DNA from: Terriglobia bacterium
Lineage (GTDB): Bacteria > Acidobacteriota > Polarisedimenticolia > Polarisedimenticolales > JAIQFR01
NCBI GenBank assembly: GCA_963748015.1
Contig: CAVVHE010000004.1
Span: forward strand, 192,001 to 256,000
Length of the DNA: 64,000 nucleotides
Reading direction: 5' to 3'
In this document: positions 38,771 to 52,550 of the stretch, piece after piece
Position numbering within the stretch: the first letter of the stretch is position 1
Layout: each line of letters opens with the position of its first letter
The notes under the pieces: generated by a model
Told to the model about the DNA's origin: nothing
The model's input: the letters and a program-made list of their open reading frames with translations, nothing else
Database searches by the model: none
Program-made: the position numbers and the translations under genes

Positions 38771-39325
38771 TCAGGACGATGGCCCTCCAACTATACCACG
38801 GCGGTCCCGTTTTCCGCGGGACCGCGCCTTCCCGGCCGGGGCGTGCAGGTCCGCCTCCACGTCCTGCCGGGCCGATGCCACCGCACGCCTCGGGACGACG
38901 ATCTCCTCGCCCGCCGCGCTCTCGATCCTGAGGTCTTTCCCGGACAGGCCGCGAAGGATGCCACGGAACTCGACGCCCCCCTGGACCTTCTCCGACGTCT
39001 CGACGCGAACCGGCCTCCCGGTGTTCCGCCGGACGTCGTCGTCCGTCACGATCGGCCGCTCCACCCCCGGGGACGAGACCTGGAGCTCGAAGGAGTCCTG
39101 GAACAGCTCCAAGGCGTCGAGCTCCGTCTCGATCGCGCGGCTCGCCCGCTCGCAGTCGTCGATCGATATCCCCGGAAGGCCCGCGCGGTCGAGGTCGATT
39201 CGAAGCAGCGTGTACTTCCCCTGCCGGCGGAAGACGACGTCCACCACCTCGAGGCCGAGGGGGGACACGACCCCCTGCGCCACGCGGCGGACCTCTTCCG
39301 CGACCCTCTCCGTCGACCCGGCCAA
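38771..39325 (-). CDS. rimP: Ribosome maturation factor RimP
   Basis: IDDCE..SR, LD, LQVSSPGVERP; TTG 39325 fits the GGAGG RBS better than GTG 39331. Confidence 0.93.
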   Translation of the reverse strand: MAGSTERVAEEVRRVAQGVVSPLGLEVVDVVFRRQGKYTLLRIDLDRAGLPGISIDDCERASRAIETELDALELFQDSFELQVSSPGVERPIVTDDDVRRNTGRPVRVETSEKVQGGVEFRGILRGLSGKDLRIESAAGEEIVVPRRAVASARQDVEADLHAPAGKARSRGKRDRRGIVGGPSS

Positions 39326-39340
39326 AAACACCTCCGGACC

Positions 39341-39365
39341 AAAAAAAAAGTGGGCCTGAGCCCAC
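39341..39365 (-). promoter_or_regulatory. Terminator-like hairpin in the rimP leader
   Basis: Minus strand GTGGGC-TCAG-GCCCAC followed by T9, just upstream of the RBS. Confidence 0.6.
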
Positions 39366-39742
39366 CCTCGAAGCGGTCCAGCGAACCGGATCTTACCCCA
39401 TCGGCGGGGAGCAACGCAACACGGCCCCCGCTCCTGCCAACGACGCGCCTTCTCCAGAAGAAAACGCTATCGCCGGCCGCCGCGGGTGTGGTAATTTCGC
39501 AACCCAACGGGCGGCGGGGCGCCGGCCGGGAGGTTCGATCGCCAAAGCGGACCACGAAAACGCCGTCGCCCGGGAATTTCGGCAGGCGGTGGCCCGAGAC
39601 GGCGGATTTGCACGTTTTGGACGGATGGCGCGGCGGGACGGCGCTTCCGGAGGCTGTCGGCTCGGTTTTCTTGGCGGCGGTTCGATCGGGGTCGCGGAGG
39701 AGGCTCGGTGACACAACCAACGGTCCACTTGGAGGGGCATGA

Positions 39743-42337
39743 ATGATGAGATTCAAGACGGGCTGGATTCTCCTGGCGTGCGCGCTGCTCGCGGCGGCGC
39801 CCGCCCTGGCGGCCACGCGCTACGTGAGCCCGACGGGGTCGGACGGCGGGAACCCCGAGAACGACTGCACGGCTCAGGGAACTCCGTGCAAGACCATTCA
39901 GCACGCGGTCATCGTGGCCGCGTCCACCGGAGACGTCATCCGCGTCTTCCCGGGAACCTACAACGAGTGCGTGGACGCGAGCGCGAAGGCGATCGACTTC
40001 ATCGCCGATGCCATCGAGACCGCGAATCCTCCGAGCCGGGCCGTCACGATCATCGACGGGACCGGCGTGTGCGGCGGCAGGGTCTGCCTGAACGCCCCGG
40101 CAACCTCCTGCCTGCTCGCGAGCGCCTGCGCGGGGACCTGCGAGATCGCGGAGGGGGAGACCGAGGGCACGTGCTCGAACCTCGAGGCGGCCTGCGCGGG
40201 AGACCAGGATTGCGGGGACCCGTGCGTCAACATCGGGCACTGCAGCGCGACGACGGCGACGGTCTGCGCGATGTCGTCGCAGTGCCCCGCGGAAGAAACC
40301 TGCGTCGTCCGGGAGAACAGCGCGCCCACGATCTGGATCGGGGACGGCTCGTCCCTGAAGGGCTTCACGGTGAAGGGCGGAGGAGAAGCGGGCGTCCGGA
40401 CGACCGGATCGACGTTGGTCGAGAAGAACGTGATCACGGGCAACGCCTCCTCGCAGTGGGGCGGGGGACTGAACAGCGACGTCTCGAACGCCTCGGGTCC
40501 CTCGAAGGTCGCGGATCCGATGCTCTGCTGGAGTGAGACGAGCCTCTCGTGCACCAGCGAGGCGAATTGCAGCGTTTGCGAGAAGGACCATGCGATCGAG
40601 TGCACGGACTCCGAGGCCTGCGCTCCCACCGAAGCCGGTGACTGCGTGAGCCTCGGCCCGTGCCTGGTATTCAAGCAGGCGACGATCGACGACAACGAGA
40701 TCAGCGGCAATGTCGCGGCGGACGACGCCGGCGGGCTCAACGTCAACGTCATCGCGGGATACGGCGCCGGCGCGCGCGCCGTGATCACCGCCAACACGAT
40801 CAGCGGGAACACCTCGATCGCTGATGGCGGTGGCGCGTACCTCTACACGTACGCGTATTACGGCGGCAAGGCGGAAAGCAAGATGACGGGCAATACCGTC
40901 TCCTCGAATGCAGCCGACGCCTACGGCGGCGGCATCGCCTCGTGGAACCAATCGTGGGGGGGCGGCGTCAGCCGCGCCGCGATCACGACCAACACGATCG
41001 AGGGGAACTCCGCGGGGGTGGACGGCGGCGGCTCCTGGAGTGGCGTCGGTTACTTCGGGGAATCCTACTACGACGCCGACGACAAATTCGACATCACCGG
41101 CAACACGGTGAGCTCCAACTCGGCCGCGCGGGACGGCGGCGGCATCGCGGTCGCGCTCTGGCGCTCGGCCTACTACGACGTTCTTCCGAAGGCGACGGTG
41201 GAGAGCAACACCGTCGCGGACAACACCTCGGGCCACGCGGGCGGCGGCATCGACCTCTACCTGCAGTCCGTCTTCGCCTTCGACTATCCGGTGGCCGCGG
41301 AGAACGGGATTCTCGCCGACAAGAACACGGTGACCGGGAACACGGCCGGAGAGCTCGGCGGGGGGATCAGCGCGGTCCTGCAGGGCTATTACTCGTTCTC
41401 GATGGACGTCATGCGGGTCGAGCAGAACACCATCCGGGAGAACAGCGCTTCCACGGGCGGCGGCGGGGCGTATCTCGAGACCGATTCGAGCTACATCCTC
41501 GGCGGGAAGCTCCAGAAGGCGCCGCAGCAGTTTCCGTTCCCCAACGAGAGCTCCTTCAGCAACAACCTCCTTCTGGGCAACGTCGCCCACAACGAGGACG
41601 CCACCGGCGTCGGCGGCGGGGCGTTCGTGGTGCTCGTGGCCGGAACGAGCGGCTTCGCGACCGCCGGGATCGACTTCGCGACGATGCAGTCGAACCGCGC
41701 CGACATGGGCGGCGGGGCCGTCGAGGTGGAGGCCGACACCGGGACCGAGGGCGGCGGCATCGCGCTGCTCGGCGTCGCCAACTCCATCGCGGCGAGCAAC
41801 GGTGGGTACGCCATCGGCGGACCCGTTCCCGGTCAGCCCGGCACCTTGGTGCCTTCCAGCAGCGGCGACTTAGAGATCTTCGCGCAATACAGCGACGGCT
41901 ACGACAACTCCTTCGGCGAGTACGAACGCACCCTCACCGACGTCATCGACGCCGGCGACGGGCTCCTGCAGGTCGATCCGATGCTGAACGCGTCGGGCGT
42001 TCCGAATATCTGCTCGCCGACCATCGACGCCGCGGCGCCGCCTCCGGAAGGGGACTTCTCGTTCGAGCCGATGCCGAACGGCTTCCGCGCCAACATGGGG
42101 CACCTCGGCAACACCGCCGGGGCCGTCGCCACGCTGCCTGACGTCAATCTCGACCGCCAGGTGAGCGGGATCGACGTCATCATGATCTCCAACTCTTTCG
42201 GGGCCACGCAGCCGACCGCGAGGATCGTCCTGCCCGACACGCGGTACCTGCTCAACTTGGACATCAACCAGGACGGGGTCATCGACGGCGAAGACCTCGC
42301 TTTCGTGGCCGCCTACTACGGCACCGACTGCCGGTGA
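39743..42337 (+). CDS. Secreted parallel beta-helix protein with Cys-rich inserts and C-terminal dockerin-like domain
   Basis: Signal peptide; YVSPTGSD..PCKTIQHA..GD.I.V.PGTY.E start; repeated NT(I/V)..N.A..GGG; DVNLDRQVSGID and DINQDGVIDGEDL. Confidence 0.85.
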   Translation: MMRFKTGWILLACALLAAAPALAATRYVSPTGSDGGNPENDCTAQGTPCKTIQHAVIVAASTGDVIRVFPGTYNECVDASAKAIDFIADAIETANPPSRAVTIIDGTGVCGGRVCLNAPATSCLLASACAGTCEIAEGETEGTCSNLEAACAGDQDCGDPCVNIGHCSATTATVCAMSSQCPAEETCVVRENSAPTIWIGDGSSLKGFTVKGGGEAGVRTTGSTLVEKNVITGNASSQWGGGLNSDVSNASGPSKVADPMLCWSETSLSCTSEANCSVCEKDHAIECTDSEACAPTEAGDCVSLGPCLVFKQATIDDNEISGNVAADDAGGLNVNVIAGYGAGARAVITANTISGNTSIADGGGAYLYTYAYYGGKAESKMTGNTVSSNAADAYGGGIASWNQSWGGGVSRAAITTNTIEGNSAGVDGGGSWSGVGYFGESYYDADDKFDITGNTVSSNSAARDGGGIAVALWRSAYYDVLPKATVESNTVADNTSGHAGGGIDLYLQSVFAFDYPVAAENGILADKNTVTGNTAGELGGGISAVLQGYYSFSMDVMRVEQNTIRENSASTGGGGAYLETDSSYILGGKLQKAPQQFPFPNESSFSNNLLLGNVAHNEDATGVGGGAFVVLVAGTSGFATAGIDFATMQSNRADMGGGAVEVEADTGTEGGGIALLGVANSIAASNGGYAIGGPVPGQPGTLVPSSSGDLEIFAQYSDGYDNSFGEYERTLTDVIDAGDGLLQVDPMLNASGVPNICSPTIDAAAPPPEGDFSFEPMPNGFRANMGHLGNTAGAVATLPDVNLDRQVSGIDVIMISNSFGATQPTARIVLPDTRYLLNLDINQDGVIDGEDLAFVAAYYGTDCR

Positions 42338-42351
42338 CGGGGGGAACAGCG

Positions 42352-42976
42352 ATGAACCGGAACCTGATGAATCGTCTCTCGATCGCGGCCGTCGCGCTGG
42401 TCCTCGTCCTGCCGTTCACCGCCGGGTGCAGCGAGTCCGCCAGTGGCCTCGTCCAGAACCCGCTGGTGGCGAGCTTCAGCGGGGACATGGACCCGATCGT
42501 CGACAACAGCGTCTCGCTCCAGCCGGCCACGGCGGCGGGCTCGAGCGATACCTTCAAGGTGGACGTGGTCGTCGGCGCCATCGACGGCGTGAACGGCGTC
42601 GCCATCAAGATCCACTTCAACAAGTACTTCGTGGAGTTCGTGAGCGGCGACTTCAGCGAGAGCTTCCTCCAGGGAGCGCCTGGCCGGCTACCGAATTCGA
42701 CACCGGGGCGACGCTGTTCGGCCCGGGCGTCGTGGACGTCTATGCCGCGAGGCGAGGCGCCGCGGTGGCCGGCCTCCCGATGGCCGCCGGGGAGACCGGC
42801 GTGCTCTGCACGTTGACCTTCAAGGCGAAAGCCGCGACGGGCTCGAACACCGCCGCCTACGGGGCGCTCACGATTCGACGAAACGGACAACCTGATCCTC
42901 GTCTGTCCCGACGGGCGGCGGCGCCTGCACGCAGGCCACCGTCACCTTCGGGGACGGGCACATGACGGCGCAGTAG
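42352..42976 (+). pseudogene. Cohesin-like lipoprotein interrupted by three apparent indels (pseudogene or assembly errors)
   Basis: Lipobox-like TAGC; DTFKVDVVV..G..IHFN..VEFV..FL in one frame, GVLCTLTFKAK in the -1 frame, plausible C-terminus VTFGDGHMTAQ* at 42974-42976 before a terminator. Confidence 0.65.
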
Positions 42977-43000
42977 CGCGCCGCCGTTCTCCGATTCTCG

Positions 43001-43033
43001 AGGCGCCGGGCCACTGGGCCCGGCGCCTTTTTT
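43001..43033 (+). terminator. Intrinsic terminator
   Basis: AGGCGCCGGGCC-ACTG-GGCCCGGCGCCT followed by T run. Confidence 0.85.
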
Positions 43034-43133
43034 CATGTCGCCGCCGGCGCGCGGCGTTCGCGTGATTGACAGGCGAGGGCCCGCCGGTATGATTCCGCAA
43101 GGGGTTCGACGCGCACCCGGACAAGGAGGGGCC

Positions 43134-43757
43134 ATGCGCAGAAACGATCGCTTCCGCCTCGGGGCCGCGCTGTTCCTGCTCGCGCTCCCGCTCGCCGCGG
43201 GCTGCGCGGCGAGGCCGGCGGCCCCCCAAGCCTCGCGCGCGGCGGCGCCGTCGCCGACGCTCAATCCGTTCGTCTACTTCGAGGACGGCGGCATGGCGTT
43301 CGTCGCGGTGGACGGGCGCGCCGCGCAGTACATCGAGGACGAGCGGATCTTCCCGCTCGGCTTCAGCATCGCGAACCGCTCGAAGGGCAAGCTGACGCTG
43401 ACGCGCGAGTCGTTCGTCCTGGAGGACGAGTCCGGCGCGAAGACGCCTCCCTCCTCCTACGCGGAGTTCGCGTCCGGGTACGGCCGCGCTAGGACCGACG
43501 CCGGTCTCGCCGACTCCTTCCGGGAGATGATGCGCCTCCGGTTCGAGAGCTACTCTTTCGCGTCGTGGCCGCTCTATCCTTCGACTTCCAGCAGCGCCAC
43601 GGCGCGCGAGCGGATCGAGCTCGGGCGCAGCCAGTACACGATCTCCTACCTCTACTTTCCGGTTCCGGCGGGCGGCGTTCACGGTCGGTCGTTCACGCTA
43701 CTCGTGAAGGCGAACGAGGCCGCCGATTCGCTCTTGGTGAAGTTCCGGATTCGCTGA
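43134..43757 (+). CDS. Hypothetical lipoprotein
   Basis: AAGGAGG RBS, basic N-terminus and LAAGC lipobox; TTGACA-16-TATGAT at 43066-43093. Confidence 0.8.
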   Translation: MRRNDRFRLGAALFLLALPLAAGCAARPAAPQASRAAAPSPTLNPFVYFEDGGMAFVAVDGRAAQYIEDERIFPLGFSIANRSKGKLTLTRESFVLEDESGAKTPPSSYAEFASGYGRARTDAGLADSFREMMRLRFESYSFASWPLYPSTSSSATARERIELGRSQYTISYLYFPVPAGGVHGRSFTLLVKANEAADSLLVKFRIR

Positions 43758-43995
43758 CGAGGCGATTCCCGCACGCTGCGCCAGGCCGGACAGGGTCACG
43801 GAAGGGCGCGCCGCGGGTGTCCTTTTCCGGGCGTGCGCGCAACCCCTTGCTCGATCAGCTACTTGCATTCCATGGGGCGGCGGAGACGATTTCGAAAAAA
43901 AATTTTCGCCAGCCCTTGCGCGCCGCGCGAGTTCTGCTAGGATAGCCGGCGGTTCGCATGGGCACGGGATCTTCCGGCTGGATGGCCAAGACCCC

Positions 43996-44055
43996 TTGAC
44001 AGGGAAGAGTAAGGTCGTATAATCCCTGTTTGCCCTGAGATGTTCTTTGAAAACT
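43996..44055 (+). promoter_or_regulatory. rRNA operon promoter and boxA
   Basis: TTGACA-16nt-TATAAT at 43996-44023; TGTTCTTTGAAAA boxA at 44041; second boxA-like GCTCTTTGAAAA at about 46211. Confidence 0.9.
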
Positions 44056-44193
44056 AAATAGAGCGTGCCAGTCTTGCGGAAGCCATCGCAGACGATGGCT
44101 TCAAGACGGTCCCGCCTCGGCGGGACCGATCCCACGAGCCAACAAAACTTCAGTCGCAAGCGAACCGGCGGTTCCACCGTCGGATCCAACTTT

Positions 44194-45750
<1,557 letters not shown>

Positions 45751-45950
45751 GGAGTCCATGGTACCGGACCTTCCCCGAGAAGGTCGCGGGCCGGACACCG
45801 AGGTCGATCGATGGCCTCCCAAGGCCGGCACGCTTCTATTTAGTTTTGAGCGAACATCGGGACCACCGACGGTTCGGCGAGCTCACCGCGGTTCGGCGGG
45901 CTCACCGCGGTCAGGCCGGGCAAGATCGTGCCGGTCGGCCAGCGGGCCGT

Positions 45951-46027
45951 GGGCCTATAGCTCAGTTGGCTAGAGCGCGCCCCTGATAAGGGCGAGGTCG
46001 GTAGTTCGACTCTACCTAGGCCCACCA
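45951..46027 (+). tRNA. tRNA-Ile (GAT)
   Basis: GGGCCTA/TAGGCCC acceptor stem, CTGATAA anticodon loop, GTTCGAC, encoded CCA. Confidence 0.98.
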
Positions 46028-46048
46028 ACTCGAGCGCGGTCCAAGCCG

Positions 46049-46124
46049 GGGGGTATAGCTCAGCTGGAAGAGCACCTGCTTTGCACGCAGGGGGTCAGCG
46101 GTTCGAATCCGCTTACCTCCACCA
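46049..46124 (+). tRNA. tRNA-Ala (TGC)
   Basis: GGGGGTA/TACCTCC acceptor stem with G3-U70, TTTGCAC anticodon loop, GTTCGAA, encoded CCA. Confidence 0.98.
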
Positions 46125-46284
46125 ACTGGAGGAGGGGCGGGGCGGCCGCGGCCGGCTCGGGCAGGAAGTTCGCGATGGAATCGAGGTCGAGGCGGAACGC
46201 CGCGGCCTCCGCTCTTTGAAAACCGAATCGTCAGGCATCTGCGCAAATGCTATGGAGCGCTGAGTATGAATTTGTGCGTTCTAT

Positions 46285-49290
<3,006 letters not shown>

Positions 49291-49352
49291 TAGACTTTGG
49301 ACTCATAATTTATCGGATGCCCCATGGCATTTCGAGATCCTGACGATTCGGT

Positions 49353-49471
49353 TTCCCGGTGACCATAGCGAGGGGGTCACACCCGTTCCCATTCCGAACA
49401 CGGTCGTTAAGCCCCTCAGCGCCGATGGTACTGCGTGGGCAACTGCGTGGGAGAGTAGGACGTTGCCGGGA
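49353..49471 (+). rRNA. rrf: 5S ribosomal RNA
   Basis: CACACCCGTTCCCATTCCGAACACGG, GCCGATGGTACTG, GGGAGAGTAGG. Confidence 0.98.
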
Positions 49472-49483
49472 TCGTTCTCCTGG

Positions 49484-49516
49484 AAGGGCCCGCCGTCAGG
49501 CGGGCCCTTTCTTTTT
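49484..49516 (+). terminator. rRNA operon terminator
   Basis: AAGGGCCCGCC-GTCA-GGCGGGCCCTT followed by T-rich tail. Confidence 0.85.
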
Positions 49517-49708
49517 CCGCGTCTTTCCTTCGCCCGCCCCGGCGCATGCATCCGGGATTCGAGAGGCGCGCGGATGATTCGCAGCAAACCCGCTTTCGGG
49601 ATCTTGACCCGATCGGCAGGCCACAGTATAAACACGACTCATCGTCGGCGAACGGACGTGCGCCCGAACGGCCACAGGTTCTGCCGATGCGCGGAGACGA
49701 GCGCCGTG

Positions 49709-50884
49709 ATGAAACGGAGTCCGGCTTCCTGGCTGATCGTGACGTGTGCCATCGCCCTCATCGTCTCGCTGCCGGCGAGCGCGGAGGAGATCGAGAAGAA
49801 GTTCAGAGCGAGCCTCTCGATCGGGCAGTACGACACGAGGGCCGCTCTCACCAGCGACTCGGCGAACATCCTCACGCTCGTGGACGCGAAGGAACAGTTC
49901 GTCACCTACATCGAGGACCCGCGGAACGACAACGCCGCGCTGGGCTACCTGGGCGCCCGCCCGGCCAATCGCCTCGTCGCGACCGCGCAGTACGGGCTCA
50001 ACCGCTTTTTCCTCATCGAGGGATCCGTCGGGTACGAGAAGGGCGACATCGGCTCGATCGAGATGCAGGCCGAGTTCTTCGGCGTATTCATCGAGCCGAT
50101 CGAGCGGCACAAGTACACGGTCTACAACCTGCAGGCGGGGACGATCACGAAGATCCCGGTGCAGCTCACGGGGATCGCTCGCTTCCGCCCGAAGGCGCGA
50201 TTCAACCCCTATCTCGGATTCGGATTCGGCTACGCGGCCGTAGGCTTCGACCCGAGCAACGATCTCGACACGCTGTCCGCGAGGATGGACGGGCTCGTCG
50301 GCGGGCAGAGCAGCCTGTCGCCGTATCCGGCGACGCTGCCCAATCCTCCGGCCGAGGCCGACTACGCCCCGATGTCGGGCGCGAGGGCAAGCGCGGGCAA
50401 TTACTGGGAGTGGCACCTCGTCGGGGGAGTGGAGTACAGCGTCAAGCGGAAGTGGACGGTCTACGGGGACGTGCGCTACGAGAACGCGTCGAACTCGTTC
50501 TCCCTCTCCTTCAACGGCTCCGACAGCGTCGGCATTTCCGTGCCCAACCGCCAGGCGCTCCGTACCGGCGAGATCGCAACGGCGACTTACGGCCCCATGG
50601 TGATCCCGGACGGCGGGCTCGTGGACGGCGGGCTCCTGGTCAATCCCGACACCTTCAACAGCGTCCCGGTGGCTCCGGGCGTCTGCTCGATTTCCGATCC
50701 GTCGCAATGCACGTTCCTCGGCAACCAGGACATGGCCGACTACAACGAGACGAACAAGGACTACCCGGGATACGTCCCCGTGACGCCCGACGGCGTGACC
50801 GATCCCGGCTACTACTACGTGAAGGGCGGCTCGATCCGTTACAGCGGGTTGGCGTTGCAGATCGGCGTCCGGTACGCCTTCTGA
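49709..50884 (+). CDS. Outer membrane beta-barrel protein (OmpW/OmpA-like) with large loop insertions
   Basis: Signal peptide; IPVQLT..RF, FNPYLGFGFGY, GGVEY, VYGDVRY, C-terminal IGVRYAF. Confidence 0.8.
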   Translation: MKRSPASWLIVTCAIALIVSLPASAEEIEKKFRASLSIGQYDTRAALTSDSANILTLVDAKEQFVTYIEDPRNDNAALGYLGARPANRLVATAQYGLNRFFLIEGSVGYEKGDIGSIEMQAEFFGVFIEPIERHKYTVYNLQAGTITKIPVQLTGIARFRPKARFNPYLGFGFGYAAVGFDPSNDLDTLSARMDGLVGGQSSLSPYPATLPNPPAEADYAPMSGARASAGNYWEWHLVGGVEYSVKRKWTVYGDVRYENASNSFSLSFNGSDSVGISVPNRQALRTGEIATATYGPMVIPDGGLVDGGLLVNPDTFNSVPVAPGVCSISDPSQCTFLGNQDMADYNETNKDYPGYVPVTPDGVTDPGYYYVKGGSIRYSGLALQIGVRYAF

Positions 50885-51087
50885 CCCCCGGAGAGCGGGG
50901 GAGGGGGCGCCTCGGGCCCGGGAGCAGGTGCCCGGGGCCGGGACAGGGGCCGGCGGGAGAGCAGGATCTCCCCCCGGGTACTTGAGGCGGGGAGAGCGTA
51001 TCCGTCGCCCCCGGTTGCGGCCTCGAGCCGGCCGCTCGCGGCTCGACCCTCATGCTACAATACGACAATCAAGCGGCGAGGTGAGGT

Positions 51088-51837
51088 ATGTCCGGACATT
51101 CCAAGTGGAGCACGATCAAGCATAAGAAGGGCGCCCTTGACGCGAAGCGCGGGAAGATTTTCACCCGCCTCATCAAGGAGATCACGATCGCGGCCAAGAT
51201 CGGCGGGGGCGATCCCGCGGGCAACCCGCGCCTCAGGACCGCCATCGCCGATGCCAAGGCCGCGAACATGCCCGCGGACAACATCAAGCGAGCGGTCCAG
51301 AAGGGAACCGGGGAGCTCCCGGGCGTCACGTACGAGGAGGTCGTCTACGAGGGGTACGGTCCGGGCGGCGTCGCCGTGTACGTGGACATCCTGACCGACA
51401 ACAAGATGCGCACGACCCCCGAGATCCGGCACATCTTCACCAAGCACGGCGGCGATCTCGGCCAGCCGAACAGTGTCGCCTGGATGTTCGAGAAGAAGGG
51501 GCAGTTCACCGTTTCGGGCTCGGCGGTCGACGAGGACCGCCTGATGGAAGTCGTGCTCGAGGCCGGCGCCGACGACCTGGGGCGCGACGGCGAGAACTTC
51601 GAGGGGGCGTGCTCCCCGGCCGCGCTCCACGCGGTCCGGGAAGCGCTCGAGAAGGCGGGCATTCCGATCGTGTCCTCGGGAGTCATCATGGCCCCGCAGA
51701 ACGTCGTCCACCTGGACGGGAAGAAGGCTCACCAGTGCGTCAAGCTCCTCGAGGCGATCGAGGATCATGACGACGTCCAGCACGTTTACGCCAATCTCGA
51801 GTTCGACGAGGCCGACCTGGAGGCGGAGGTCTCCTGA
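51088..51837 (+). CDS. yebC: YebC/PmpR family protein
   Basis: MSGHSKWSTIKHKKG, NPRLR, YEGYGPGG, TDN, DDVQ.VY.N. Confidence 0.97.
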   Translation: MSGHSKWSTIKHKKGALDAKRGKIFTRLIKEITIAAKIGGGDPAGNPRLRTAIADAKAANMPADNIKRAVQKGTGELPGVTYEEVVYEGYGPGGVAVYVDILTDNKMRTTPEIRHIFTKHGGDLGQPNSVAWMFEKKGQFTVSGSAVDEDRLMEVVLEAGADDLGRDGENFEGACSPAALHAVREALEKAGIPIVSSGVIMAPQNVVHLDGKKAHQCVKLLEAIEDHDDVQHVYANLEFDEADLEAEVS

Positions 51838-51871
51838 CCGTCCGCGATACCTCGGTCCGCCGGGGAGCGTG

Positions 51872-52396
51872 ATGGGGGAACCGGTCCGCGTCCTCGGAGT
51901 GGACCCGGGGTCGCTGCACACCGGATGGGGGCTCGTGGGGGGCGGCCCGCTCGATCCCGCTCTCATCGAGTGCGGCGTGATACGGCTTCCCCCGCGAGAC
52001 TCGTTTCCCGACCGCCTTCACCGCCTCCTGGTCGAGCTGGGAGGGATCGTGGGCCGCCTGTCGCCGACCGCGGCCGCCGTCGAGGCGCCGTTCCACGGAA
52101 TCAACCCCCGCACCGCCCTCCAGCTCGCGCACGCGCGCGGGGTCGTGCTCGCCGTCCTCGGCGCCGCCGGCGTGCCCGTGACCGAGTACGCGCCCGCGAC
52201 CGTGAAGAAGGCGGTCACCGGCGCCGGGCGCGCGGGAAAGGACCAGGTGCGCGCGATGGTCCGTCACCTTCTTGGCGGGGCCGTGGCGCGGACCGGCCTC
52301 TCCGACGAGAGCGACGCCCTCGCCGTCGCGCTCTGCCACCTCGCGACGCTCCGTTACAGGGAGGCGGTCTCGCGGTCCGCGATGCCCCGCCGCTGA
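51872..52396 (+). CDS. ruvC: Holliday junction resolvase
   Basis: LGVDPG, AVE, ARGV, EY.P..VKKAVTG.GRA.K.QV, DESDALAVA. Confidence 0.96.
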   Translation: MGEPVRVLGVDPGSLHTGWGLVGGGPLDPALIECGVIRLPPRDSFPDRLHRLLVELGGIVGRLSPTAAAVEAPFHGINPRTALQLAHARGVVLAVLGAAGVPVTEYAPATVKKAVTGAGRAGKDQVRAMVRHLLGGAVARTGLSDESDALAVALCHLATLRYREAVSRSAMPRR

Positions 52397-52550
52397 CCCT
52401 CTCGTCGCGCCTCGCATGCTATGATTTCCGCGCCTCGACCGGAGTTTTCCACGAGGCCGGAACGACGAGCCGCGCATTCGCGTCCGAACTCGACCCGCGC
52501 GGCGGGCGTTCGCGAGAGGCAGGGGCCGCCGGCGGGAGGCGCTTTCTCAA

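Noticed and set aside
39400..39742. Riboswitch in the long region upstream of the beta-helix gene
   Set aside because: Only generic GC hairpins; no recognisable aptamer consensus by eye
44050..44071. TGGCAC on the minus strand as a sigma54 promoter
   Set aside because: No TTGC at the right spacing; the sequence is the 16S processing stem complementary to the ITS
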